58,286 bases of DNA from Corallococcus sp. AB011P (GTDB lineage Bacteria > Myxococcota > Myxococcia > Myxococcales > Myxococcaceae). The notes beneath the pieces were generated by a model that made no database searches, was not told where the DNA came from, and worked only from the letters and a program-made list of their open reading frames with translations. Below are positions 36,134-44,717 of the stretch, piece by piece; within the stretch, counting starts at the first letter, position 1, and each line of letters begins with the position of its first letter. The stretch covers positions 196,811 through 255,096 of the forward strand of contig NZ_RAVX01000011.1 of NCBI RefSeq assembly GCF_003611605.1, in the 5' to 3' direction. Position numbers and translations under genes: made by a program.

Positions 36134-37078
36134 CTAACGTCCGGCTGCCTTCGGCGTGCCCATGCTCATGCCCTGCCGGTCACCTTCGGCCCGAGGAGGC
36201 GCGGCCACCGGCACGGCCGTGTCGCCCAGGAAGATGAGCTGCCGCAGCGGCTTGCCCTCCGCGCCCGGCAGCCGCTCGTAGCCCAGCTGTCCCCGAGGCC
36301 CCAGCTTCACGGTCCGCCCGTGCGCGAGCACCGTCAGCACCACCTCCAGCTGCATCCGCGCGGGGACGAGCAGCGGCAGGATGTGCCGGTGGAAGCGGTG
36401 GCGCACCCGCGCGGGCCAGTCACGTCCGCGCATGTCCGCCTCCTCGTCCGCGAACACCTCCACCTGGAAGCCCCCGATGTCCGCCGCGTACGTCTGGCCC
36501 AGGAAGCCCGTGCCATCCAGCGGCGTGGGCCCGAAGGTGGGCCGCATGCCGGAGAAGCGCGTGCGGAAAGAGCGGCGGACACACGTCACGCGCAGCTCCG
36601 GGAACACCTGCTGGAACAGCCACTGGAGCGTGGCCTGTGAATCCACGCCCACCATGCGCTGGTAGAAGCCCTTCGTGCGCTCCCAGTCCCCCACCAGGCT
36701 CGCGTCCCGTTCGGGGTGCAGCGCGTCCACCAGCGCCAGCAGCAGCCGGTGGTCGAAGAAGCGGATGAAGTCGAGGAACGGCTCCGGCTCCGGCAGCTGT
36801 TCGGCCACCTGGAGGAAGTAGCTGGGCAACAGGCCCGGCGTGCCCAGGAGGCCCAGGTTGAGCGTTACCACCACCCGGCGCACCGGGGAGAGATGGAACG
36901 TCACCGCCTCCACCAGCGACACGGACGCCACCGGCTCCGGGTTGCTTTCGAAGAGCACCCGGTCCCGGCCATAGCCCTGCGTCTCCAGGAGCCGCAGCAG
37001 CGGCCCCAGGTCGAAGTCCTTCGCGCGGGCGCGGATGCGCCGCTCCAGCGGGGACAGCAGCGGCGAGGCGCCGTTCAT
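36134..37078 (-). CDS. tssG: Type VI secretion baseplate subunit TssG (ImpH/VasB), 314 aa.
   Basis: The N-terminus KDFDLGPLLRLLETQGYG matches the TssG signature (fdFfQavRLLE). Confidence 0.75.
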   Translation of the reverse strand: MNGASPLLSPLERRIRARAKDFDLGPLLRLLETQGYGRDRVLFESNPEPVASVSLVEAVTFHLSPVRRVVVTLNLGLLGTPGLLPSYFLQVAEQLPEPEPFLDFIRFFDHRLLLALVDALHPERDASLVGDWERTKGFYQRMVGVDSQATLQWLFQQVFPELRVTCVRRSFRTRFSGMRPTFGPTPLDGTGFLGQTYAADIGGFQVEVFADEEADMRGRDWPARVRHRFHRHILPLLVPARMQLEVVLTVLAHGRTVKLGPRGQLGYERLPGAEGKPLRQLIFLGDTAVPVAAPPRAEGDRQGMSMGTPKAAGR

Positions 37079-37091
37079 GAGCAGGGCCGCC

Positions 37092-38075
37092 TCACTCGCC
37101 CGGCCCCACGAAGGCGCCCAGGTCCACCTGGTAGAACTGCGACAGCGTGCGCCACTCCATGGAGTCCTTGCGCTCCCAGTGCTCCTGGATCTCCCCCACG
37201 TGGCGGTTGAGCAGCGCGCCGAACGACGAGAACAGCTCCGGCAGGTAGCGCCGCGGGTCGAAGTCCTCCAGCGTCCGGAGCACGTCGTCGCTCACCAGCG
37301 CGGCCTTCTGGAAGTCCCCGCGCTCCACCAGCACCTCGAAGGCCTTGAGCTTGTCGCACAGCTCCAGCAGGTGCGCCGACCCGCGCAGCTGCAGCGGCCC
37401 CGTCGTGCGGGGGAACGACGGAGGTGGCGCGGCGGCCTTCGCGCTCCGTCCCTTCGCGGGAGCGGCCGGCTTCGCGGGCTCCGGGGCCGGTGCGGGAGCG
37501 GCCGCGCGCTCCAGCGTCTCCTTCAGCCACTGTCCCAGCCCCGCCAGGCCCTGGGCTCCGTTGCGGAACGCGGAGCCCTCCAGCGCGCCCTGCAGGGTCT
37601 GGATGCCGCGCAGGGCGTCCTTGCGCTTGCCGTCCGTGAAGCCCTTCGTCCACGCCTCCCAGCCCGCGTCCTTCTTGCCGTGGTGATACTTCAGCGCGCT
37701 CAGCAGCGTCTGGAACAGCCACGTCAGCGCCTTGTTGAGCAGCACCGCGGGCTTGGACTTGTCCTTCCCTTCGCCCTGGGCGGCCTCCTCCGCCGCCGCG
37801 CGCGCGAGCGCGACCAGCACCTCCAGCACCTCCGGCAGGCGCACGAGCCCGTCTTCGCGCAGCGCCGCGAAGAGGTAGTAGGCCGACAGCCGGACCTCGT
37901 AGACCCCTTCACCGTCCAGGGCCTCGATGGCGTCCGCGGCCTCCGCGTAGGACTCCCGCTGCACCAGGTCCGCCACCGTGAGGAAGCGCTGATCATGCGA
38001 CTCCAGGCGCTCCAGCGTTCCGCCCTCCACGGGGCGCAGGCACAGGCTCAGGTCTCTCATGGTCTGTCTTTCCAC
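37092..38075 (-). CDS. Hypothetical T6SS-associated protein (327 aa); possibly TssA or ImpA_N-like.
   Basis: The call rests on its position between tssG and tssBC. The N-terminal LSLCLRPVEGGTLERLESHDQRFLTVADLV only loosely resembles ImpA_N. There is an Ala/Pro/Lys-rich linker (APAPAPEPAKPAAPAKG). Confidence 0.3.
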   Translation of the reverse strand: MERQTMRDLSLCLRPVEGGTLERLESHDQRFLTVADLVQRESYAEAADAIEALDGEGVYEVRLSAYYLFAALREDGLVRLPEVLEVLVALARAAAEEAAQGEGKDKSKPAVLLNKALTWLFQTLLSALKYHHGKKDAGWEAWTKGFTDGKRKDALRGIQTLQGALEGSAFRNGAQGLAGLGQWLKETLERAAAPAPAPEPAKPAAPAKGRSAKAAAPPPSFPRTTGPLQLRGSAHLLELCDKLKAFEVLVERGDFQKAALVSDDVLRTLEDFDPRRYLPELFSSFGALLNRHVGEIQEHWERKDSMEWRTLSQFYQVDLGAFVGPGE

Positions 38076-38114
38076 TTCATGTTACATGTCTTTCATTCAC
38101 AAGGACAGACGCCC

Positions 38115-38714
38115 ATGGCCATCGCGAAACCCGACTTGCTCGAACTCGAATGCAATTGGCAGACCGGGTTTCAATACCGGCCCGGCTTCCGTGGCGCGCT
38201 GGGGTATCTGCTCGAATGGAATGGCTGCGGGGGGCTGAACCTGACGAAGGAGCTCAGCCTGTCCTCCCCCACGGTGGGTGACTTCGGGCCCACGGCGCAA
38301 TGCATTGGCCTGATTGGACGGCTGTCCATGAATGGCGCTTCCGGTCCCCTGGATTTCAGCGTGTACGTGGGGCGCGCCACCGCGGCCAACGTGCTCAACC
38401 ACTTCGCCAAGCCCTTGGACAACCTGCGGCTGAAGCTGGCGTGGGCCATCATCGACTTCGATGAAGCGGGTGATACCTGGTTCGAAGCCGCCAAGCTGAA
38501 GAGCCCCGCCACCGCCGAGGCGCTGATGGACACCGAGAAGGGCCGCCCCAAGGTCTTCCTGGACAACCAGCCCACCACGCTGGCCACGGACCTGGACATC
38601 CGCTTCCACCGCTTCGACTTCCGGGTGGTGCCCGCACCCAAGAAGAGCACCACCCTGGAGTTCGCCACCAACTCCCAGGAGCGCCGTGTCACCAAGTGGG
38701 GCAGTGACAAGTGA
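38115..38714 (+). CDS. Hypothetical protein (199 aa) lying opposite in orientation inside the T6SS block.
   Basis: It is the real part of ORF 37035..38714; the upstream section of that ORF is an antisense shadow of the TssA-like gene. High GC3 starts at the ATG at 38115 (MAIAKPDLLELECNWQTGFQYRPGF...). An AT-rich divergent promoter lies at 38076..38114. Confidence 0.5.
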   Translation: MAIAKPDLLELECNWQTGFQYRPGFRGALGYLLEWNGCGGLNLTKELSLSSPTVGDFGPTAQCIGLIGRLSMNGASGPLDFSVYVGRATAANVLNHFAKPLDNLRLKLAWAIIDFDEAGDTWFEAAKLKSPATAEALMDTEKGRPKVFLDNQPTTLATDLDIRFHRFDFRVVPAPKKSTTLEFATNSQERRVTKWGSDK

Positions 38715-38771
38715 GCTGAAAATGCGGAACGGGGAGCGGCTTGACGCCCTCCCCGTCCCTCCACCCGGCTG

Positions 38772-39419
38772 CTACTGGCCGCCTTCCTTGTAGCCCCAGC
38801 TGTACACATCCTTGGCTTCGGAGTTGTGGCTGTAGTGGATGTTGCAGAGGTTCAGCTTGTCCGGGATGACCTGGAAGGTCATCTGGCAGAACTTCACGTC
38901 CGTGACGCCCACGTTCTCCGGCTCACCGACGTGGAGCATCACCTCGTTGCCCTTCTGGTTGATGCGGCCCTTGAGCATGTTGGCTTCGCCGCCAGACTCG
39001 TCGCCCAGGGGGTAGCACTTCTCGAACCACTTGCCCGCGGCGCTGTCCCACTCGCACACCCAGAACACCAGCTTCTTGAGTTCGGTGTTGGTGATGCCCG
39101 TGAAGTCCGGCTTGTTCTCCGGGCTGATGAGCACGGTGAAGTCCATGGGGTCGAGCTTGCCGCCCTCCCACTGGAGCTGGGTAATCAGGCCCACACAGCG
39201 CACGGCGTTCTTCGCGCCGACCTTCTCGATCTTCACCTCGCTGAAGGTCGCCTCACCGTCGAACGGCGTGTAGAAGAGGCCGTTGCTCTTGGGAAAGGAG
39301 CCGTCGTCCTTGCCCAGCCCCTTGATGTCCAGCAGGTAGCCCACCGGGACGTTCTTCTGGGGGCGCTGCTGGATGGTCTGCTGCCAGTCACACGAAATGC
39401 CAAGCGGTCCATCACCCAT
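38772..39419 (-). CDS. Hypothetical protein in the position where hcp is usually found (directly downstream of tssBC); possibly a divergent Hcp/TssD tube protein (215 aa).
   Basis: A GGAGG sequence lies 9 nt before the ATG at 39419. YLLDIKGLGKDDG loosely resembles the Hcp N-terminal f.KidGikGes motif. The length and N-terminal extension are not typical of Hcp. Confidence 0.3.
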   Translation of the reverse strand: MGDGPLGISCDWQQTIQQRPQKNVPVGYLLDIKGLGKDDGSFPKSNGLFYTPFDGEATFSEVKIEKVGAKNAVRCVGLITQLQWEGGKLDPMDFTVLISPENKPDFTGITNTELKKLVFWVCEWDSAAGKWFEKCYPLGDESGGEANMLKGRINQKGNEVMLHVGEPENVGVTDVKFCQMTFQVIPDKLNLCNIHYSHNSEAKDVYSWGYKEGGQ

Positions 39420-39451
39420 GGTTTCGGTCCTCCATTTTGCTGCGGGGTTTG

Positions 39452-40969
39452 TCAGCCGAGCCGCGCATCCACGCGGAGGTCCACGTTCATGCCTTCGAAC
39501 TGGATGTGCGGGAGGACGGAGAGGTTGCAGTGGTACCAGCCCACCTTGCCGGGCACTTCCGCCACGGTGAGGTTGTAGGCCTTGAAGGGGTAGTAGCGCA
39601 GCGTCAGGTCATCCGGGTTCACCAGCGTGGTGACGTACCGGGAGATCCACCTGTCCAGCTGCTGCTGCATGTACGGCGCGTTCGCCGTGCTGCCGATGTT
39701 CTCGCGCATGATGGCCTTCACGTAGTGCGCGATGCGGCTGATGGAGTACGTGTAGGCCAGGTTCGTCACCAGCTGCGAGTTCTCCGAGTCCTTCGTGTCC
39801 TCGAACACCTTGGCCTTCTTGAGGGACTGGACGCTGAAGAAGACGGCCTCCGCGCTCCCCTTCTTGTGGATGAGCGGGATGAAGCCGCCGTTGGCCAGCT
39901 CCAGCTCGCGGAAGTCCGGGATGGACATCTCCACGGGCAGCTTCATCTCCTCCTCGCCGCGCAGGTGCGTCAGGTGCACGGGCAGGCCCGCCACCAGGCC
40001 GCCGCCCTTGGGGCCGCGGATGTGCTGGCACCAGCCAGAGGTCGCGAACGAGCGCACCAGGTTGCGCGCGAACAGCATGGCCGCGTTGCCCCAGAGGTAT
40101 TCCTCCTCCTTGTCGCCCTTCACCGCCTCCGCGAAGTTCATGCCGGGGGCCGGGTAGGTCTCCGGGTTGTAGGGCGGCCGGACGATGTAGCGCGGCAGCG
40201 TGAGGCCCACGTAGGCGGCCTCGTCCGTCTCACGCAGCGCGTTCCAGGCGGAGTACTTGGGCGAGTCCAGCAGGCTCGCCACGTCGCGCAGCTGGGACAC
40301 CTCCTTCATGGTGTCGCAGCCGAAGAAGCGCGGGGACACGGACGCCACGAACGGCGCGTGGCTGGCCGCGGCGATCTTCCCCATCGTCTTGAGCCACAGC
40401 ATGTCCTGCGGCGTGTTGGCGAACTCGAACAGGCCCACCAGCGCGCCGTAGGGGGCGCCGCCGTATTGGTCGTACTCAGCCACGTACAGCTTCTTGAAGA
40501 ACTCCGAACCGGCGACGTCCGCCGCGTTCGTCTCCAGGTCGCTGTAGGCCTCCTCCTTGGAGACGTCCAGCAGGCTCAGCTCGATGTTGGCCTTGAAGTT
40601 GGTGTTGCGCACCAGGTCGTTGAGCGCGGTCCACTGCGCCTCCACCTCCTGGAACTCCGGCGCGTGCAGCACGGCGTTGAGCTGATCCGACACCAGCGCG
40701 TCAATGGTGCCCACCAGCTCCTGCACCGTCTGCTTGTCGAAGCGGCCCTCGTCCATGTCCATGTTGTGGACCATGGCCGCCAGGCTGGAGACGAAGCGCT
40801 CCTCGGGGGTGGCGTCGTCGGGGATGACCAGCAGGTCCGTCTGGGTGGAGGGGTCGCGCGCGGCGGGCACGGAGCCCAGCCGCACGCTGTTCAGGAACAG
40901 CGGAAGGTCCAGGGGCACATCGGCCACGGCGGTCGTCGCGGTGGTGGAAGACGCAGGAGGGGTAGGCAT
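39452..40969 (-). CDS. tssC: Type VI secretion contractile sheath large subunit TssC (VipB), 505 aa.
   Basis: The length and conserved VipB-type sequence are throughout (LSLLDVSKEEAYSDLE..., GLPVHLT..., FIPL). The gene is adjacent to tssB. Confidence 0.85.
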   Translation of the reverse strand: MPTPPASSTTATTAVADVPLDLPLFLNSVRLGSVPAARDPSTQTDLLVIPDDATPEERFVSSLAAMVHNMDMDEGRFDKQTVQELVGTIDALVSDQLNAVLHAPEFQEVEAQWTALNDLVRNTNFKANIELSLLDVSKEEAYSDLETNAADVAGSEFFKKLYVAEYDQYGGAPYGALVGLFEFANTPQDMLWLKTMGKIAAASHAPFVASVSPRFFGCDTMKEVSQLRDVASLLDSPKYSAWNALRETDEAAYVGLTLPRYIVRPPYNPETYPAPGMNFAEAVKGDKEEEYLWGNAAMLFARNLVRSFATSGWCQHIRGPKGGGLVAGLPVHLTHLRGEEEMKLPVEMSIPDFRELELANGGFIPLIHKKGSAEAVFFSVQSLKKAKVFEDTKDSENSQLVTNLAYTYSISRIAHYVKAIMRENIGSTANAPYMQQQLDRWISRYVTTLVNPDDLTLRYYPFKAYNLTVAEVPGKVGWYHCNLSVLPHIQFEGMNVDLRVDARLG

Positions 40970-41019
40970 GGAGAAAGGCCTCGTTCAGGAAGGTCGTGGG
41001 GAAGGGCTTGCGCCCGGCA

Positions 41020-41580
41020 TCACGTCGTCGGCGGCTGCGGGTTCGTCGCGGCCAGCTTCGGCAGGCTCATCGACTTGAACGCGGCCAGCTCCGTCTTCAG
41101 CTTCTGGACGGCCTCCGGGTTCTGCGCCAGCTGACGCACCAGCTGGCGGAACTCCTTGCGGTTGTCCAGGTTGCCCTGCAGCTCCAGCAGCAGCTTGCGC
41201 AGCGTGAGCAGCGCGTTGATCTTCGGCACCTGGCGGGCCACGTCCACCGGGCTGAAGGACTTCATCGAGTCCAGCTTGAGGCTCACCTGCAGCGGCGCCG
41301 GCGCCGAACCATCCACCGGGTCCTTCTTGTCCACGCGGTTGGGCACGCTGAAGTTCAGCGTCATGCCCATGTTCTGGATGACCTGGTTCAGGTTCTTGCC
41401 ATCCAGGTTGCGGATCTCCCGCTGATCCAGGTCCTTCTTGCGGTCGTTGGAAGTCCCCCGGGAGAAGTCCCCCATCACCAGCAGCCGGAACGGAAGCGCC
41501 TTGTCCGCCCGGGTGCCATTCACCTGGGTGCGGTAGGTCAGCGTGATGCGTGATCTGGGAATTTCGTCGGTGATGGCCAT
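41020..41580 (-). CDS. tssB: Type VI secretion contractile sheath small subunit TssB (VipA), 186 aa.
   Basis: Within ORF 41020..41703 the start is at 41580 (MAITDEIPRSRITLTYRTQVNGTRADKALPFRLLVMGDFS...). This matches the TssB signature lPF.i.VlgDfsg. Confidence 0.85.
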   Translation of the reverse strand: MAITDEIPRSRITLTYRTQVNGTRADKALPFRLLVMGDFSRGTSNDRKKDLDQREIRNLDGKNLNQVIQNMGMTLNFSVPNRVDKKDPVDGSAPAPLQVSLKLDSMKSFSPVDVARQVPKINALLTLRKLLLELQGNLDNRKEFRQLVRQLAQNPEAVQKLKTELAAFKSMSLPKLAATNPQPPTT

Positions 41581-41889
41581 GAGTACCCCCAAGAACTGAA
41601 CCGCCGTTTTGTGAAGGAATTGATAAACCATGGCAATACACAAAAGCAATACACCCCCAACACATGACCTGCCACGATGGGGCATCGCAACCCGGGGAGC
41701 CAATTAAGACCCAACCCGTGGCATTCCTCGCCCTCCAGGGCAGGAAACCAGACACGGTGGATCATCCAGGCTCACTTGACGTCGCAGGCTCCAGGCCGGT
41801 AGCTTTTTCTAAACACTGTCACCCAGCCCAAGCAAGCTTTTGCCCCGGGCGGTCCCCGTGACAGGAAACCCGCTCCCGTCGCCCCTGCC
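41581..41889. promoter_or_regulatory. Divergent T6SS promoter region between the tssBC arm (minus strand) and the tssK...tssJ arm (plus strand).
   Basis: A 309-bp AT-richer spacer. It contains the direct repeat GCAATACAC twice (ggcaatacacaaaagcaatacacc). Confidence 0.5.
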
Positions 41890-43143
41890 ATGAACCCAGA
41901 CACACTCGCGCGAGTCCTGTGGCAGGAAGGGCAGACCCTGCTGCCCGAACACTTCCGGGCCCAGGAGGAATCCCTCTCCACGGAGGCCCGGCGCTACGCG
42001 GGCTTCGCGGGCCTGCCGGTGGTGGGCGTGAGCGCGCTGCGTTTCAACGATGTATTGCTCGCCAAGGGCTCGGTGGCGCTGGAGGAATTGACCGCGGTGT
42101 TACCGGGCGGCCACCTGGTGGAGGTGCCGGGCAACGCGGAGGTGACACCGCTGTCGCTCGAGGAGACGGGCCGCATGCGGGTGACGGTGTATCTGCACCT
42201 GCTGGCGGTGCTGGAGCCCCGCGAGGACCTGGCGCCCGCGGGCGGTGAAGCCCCCAGCGTGGTGCGCGCGGGACGGAGGCTGTGCCTGTCGTTGGAGCCG
42301 GTGGTGGACGACACGGTGAGCAGCCTGTCGCTGGCCGTCTTCACCCGGAACGCGGACGGGCCCTGGCAGCTGTCCGCCACGCACCTGCCGCCGCTCTTGA
42401 GCGTGGGGCCCCACCCGTTCCTGGAGCCCCTGTTCGAGCAGCTGGACGGCCTGCTCCAGCAGGCGCAGGGGCAGTTGCGCACGTCGCTGCGCGAAGGCCT
42501 GGTGCGAGGCGACCGGCTGGCCAGCGCGCGGCGGGCGCTGTGCGAGGTGCGAAGCCTCCAGGTGCTGCGCCAGGACATGCGCCACGGCCTGCAGCCGCCG
42601 CCGTACCCGCTGGTGCAGGCGCTGCGGCGGCTGTACTTCGAGACGTGCTGCTACCTGGAGGCGGAGCCGGACGACGACCTGCCCGCGTACGAGCACGAAG
42701 CGCCGGGTCCGGGGATCGCGCGGTGGATGGAGCTGCTCACGCGCGGGTTCCGCCCGCAGGCCAGCCCCCTGTCCTACCGGGTCTTCGACTTCCAGGACGG
42801 CCACTTCAAGCTCACGCCGCTGCCCAGGGAGACGCCGCCGCCGGATGACTTCTACCTGCTGGTGCGCCGGCAGGAGCGGGACCGGCCGCGCTCCATGGAG
42901 GGCGTGAAGCTGGCCAGTCCCCTGCGGCTGCCGGCGGTGCGGCGCCAGGCCTTGAAGGGCGTGCCGTACCGGCACGTGGCCTTCCCGTCGTTCCCCCACG
43001 CCTTCGACGCGGACATCGACTGGTACCAGCTGACGCCCCAGAGCGAGGAATGGCAGTCCGCGACGCGCGAGGACGGGCTCACGTTCTTCGCCACGCCCGC
43101 GCTCGAAGGGGCGCAGGTGCTCCTCTACTGGCGCAGGGCCTGA
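41890..43143 (+). CDS. tssK: Type VI secretion baseplate subunit TssK, 417 aa.
   Basis: ARVLWQEGQTLLPEHFRAQEESL matches the TssK N-terminal signature (kilW.EGmfL.PQHFQqqdry). Confidence 0.8.
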   Translation: MNPDTLARVLWQEGQTLLPEHFRAQEESLSTEARRYAGFAGLPVVGVSALRFNDVLLAKGSVALEELTAVLPGGHLVEVPGNAEVTPLSLEETGRMRVTVYLHLLAVLEPREDLAPAGGEAPSVVRAGRRLCLSLEPVVDDTVSSLSLAVFTRNADGPWQLSATHLPPLLSVGPHPFLEPLFEQLDGLLQQAQGQLRTSLREGLVRGDRLASARRALCEVRSLQVLRQDMRHGLQPPPYPLVQALRRLYFETCCYLEAEPDDDLPAYEHEAPGPGIARWMELLTRGFRPQASPLSYRVFDFQDGHFKLTPLPRETPPPDDFYLLVRRQERDRPRSMEGVKLASPLRLPAVRRQALKGVPYRHVAFPSFPHAFDADIDWYQLTPQSEEWQSATREDGLTFFATPALEGAQVLLYWRRA

Positions 43144-43170
43144 CGGCGGACCGACGGGGGAACGGCGCGC

Positions 43171-43749
43171 ATGCCCAAGCTCATCTGCATCATCGACATG
43201 GACAAGGAGAAGGGCCTCATCCTCACCACGGAGGACAAGGACGGGAAGATCCTCCAGACGGTGAAGATGGACGGCGAGGCCATCACCCTGGAGGTGAAGG
43301 GCGACAGCGCCACCAGCACCATCGTGCAGAAGCAGGACAGCGTCACGGTGACCTGCAAGTCCTTCGTGCTGAAGGCGGAGACCATCGAGGTGACGTCCAC
43401 GAAGGCGTCGTCGTGGAAGAGCGACGACACGTTCGCTCTGGAGAGCGCCAAGGCCTTCACGGTCACCACGAAGGACGCGCTGACGCAGACAGCGGCGAAG
43501 GACGCGACCCTCTCCTCGGACGAGGCCGTGACGCTGAAGGCGGCGAAGAAGTTCACCGTGGAGGGTGACGACATCCAGGTGGAGGCCAAGAGCGGCGCGG
43601 TGGCGTTGAAGGCCCCGTCCGTCAAGGCGGAGGGACAGAAGGACATCGCCATGGAGGGAGCGCAGGTGAAGGTGACCGCGAAAGCGAAGCTGGCGCTCAA
43701 TGCGGACGGCGTGGCGGAACTCAAGGGCAGCATGGTGAACGTGGGCTGA
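43171..43749 (+). CDS. Hypothetical K/T/A-rich protein with a repetitive beta-strand motif (192 aa) between tssK and tssL.
   Basis: High GC3. It has periodic segments (VTLKAAKKFTVEGDDIQVEAKSGAVALKAPSVKAEGQKDIAMEGAQVKVTAKAKLALNADG). It has no transmembrane segment and no signal peptide. Confidence 0.5.
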   Translation: MPKLICIIDMDKEKGLILTTEDKDGKILQTVKMDGEAITLEVKGDSATSTIVQKQDSVTVTCKSFVLKAETIEVTSTKASSWKSDDTFALESAKAFTVTTKDALTQTAAKDATLSSDEAVTLKAAKKFTVEGDDIQVEAKSGAVALKAPSVKAEGQKDIAMEGAQVKVTAKAKLALNADGVAELKGSMVNVG

Positions 43750-43761
43750 CGGGGGGGCGCG

Positions 43762-44400
43762 ATGAAGCTCGAGCACTGGCAGGTCGTCTTCACGCAGTAC
43801 CGGCAGGCCCAGTCCGTGCTGGACGGATGGCTGCCGCAGGCCGCGCCCGGGTCGGCCGCGGCGGCGGGGCTTTTGGGCCGCGAGGGCCTGCGCAGGCTCC
43901 ACGACGAGCTCCTGGAGGTGATTGAGCGGCTGCGCGCGGGCCTGGGCGCCCACGCCCGCGACGAGGAGGTGCAGGACGCGCTGCGGCCCTTCACGTACCT
44001 GGTGGACGAGCGCGTCCTCCTGCGGCTCGCGGACGCGGAGCAGCCGCTGTGGCCGCTGTTGCAGTACCGCCTCTTCGGAGAAGACGGCGGCGGCGAGGCC
44101 TTCTACACGCTGGCGGATCAACGGCTGGATCAGCCGGGCTCCCCCGCGCTGCTCTTCGAGATGCTCCACTTCTGCATCACTGCGGGCTTCGGAGGCCGCT
44201 ACCTGGGCCACACGGCGAAGCTGCGCGAGTACCAGGAGCGGCTGTCCGCGCGCATCGTCACGCCCCCGCCGCCGCCCGCCCCCGCCGCGTCCGGCGAGTC
44301 CATCGGGCCGCTGCTCTACGCCTTTCCCGCCCGCTACTACGCCGTCAGCGCCGCGAGCGTGCTGGGGCTGCAGGGCCTGCTCTGGTGGGTGACCCGGTGA
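43762..44400 (+). CDS. tssL: Type VI secretion membrane subunit TssL (DotU family), 212 aa.
   Basis: LLFEMLHFCITAGFGGRY matches the DotU motif (lLElyylCLsLGFeGrY). A C-terminal transmembrane helix reads YYAVSAASVLGLQGLLWWV. Confidence 0.8.
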   Translation: MKLEHWQVVFTQYRQAQSVLDGWLPQAAPGSAAAAGLLGREGLRRLHDELLEVIERLRAGLGAHARDEEVQDALRPFTYLVDERVLLRLADAEQPLWPLLQYRLFGEDGGGEAFYTLADQRLDQPGSPALLFEMLHFCITAGFGGRYLGHTAKLREYQERLSARIVTPPPPPAPAASGESIGPLLYAFPARYYAVSAASVLGLQGLLWWVTR

Positions 44401-44714
44401 AGCCACAAGCCGCCGCACCCCAGGCTCCGGCCGCGGCCACGATCGACGCGGCGCCCGCGCTGCTCCAGGAGGTGCGCAAGACCGTCGCCGCGCGCCTGGG
44501 GGTCGGGCGCCATGGCCTGGAGCCGATGCTGGACGAGCTGGGCCAGACGCTGGCCCGCCTGATGCCGGGGCCGGGTGACGCGCGGTTGTCGCCGGAGGAG
44601 CAGGAGAAGGCGAGAGCGTCGTTCGCGGGCACGGTGGACACGCTGGAGGACGTCCTGGAGGCCCTGCATCGCGCGGGTCGGGCTGGGAACGTCCTGGGCT
44701 GGGGGGAGCGCTGA
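44397..44714 (+). CDS. Small hypothetical protein (about 105 aa; GTG start overlapping the tssL stop) between tssL and tssM.
   Basis: The frame VKPQAAAPQAPAAATIDAAPALLQEVRKTVAARLGV... has a clear GC3 bias. It is the real part of ORF 44049..44714. Confidence 0.4.
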   Translation: MKPQAAAPQAPAAATIDAAPALLQEVRKTVAARLGVGRHGLEPMLDELGQTLARLMPGPGDARLSPEEQEKARASFAGTVDTLEDVLEALHRAGRAGNVLGWGER

Positions 44715-44717
44715 GCC

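Noticed and set aside
37035-38114. The N-terminal two-thirds of the 559-aa plus-strand ORF 37035..38714.
   Set aside because: It is the antisense of the TssA-like gene. Only the last 199 codons (from 38115) show coding bias.
41620-41650. A sigma-54-like motif (TGGCAATACACAAAAGCA) in the divergent T6SS promoter.
   Set aside because: The GG-to-GC spacing is 2 nt longer than the -24/-12 consensus, and no enhancer-binding-protein gene is adjacent. It is kept only as a direct-repeat observation.
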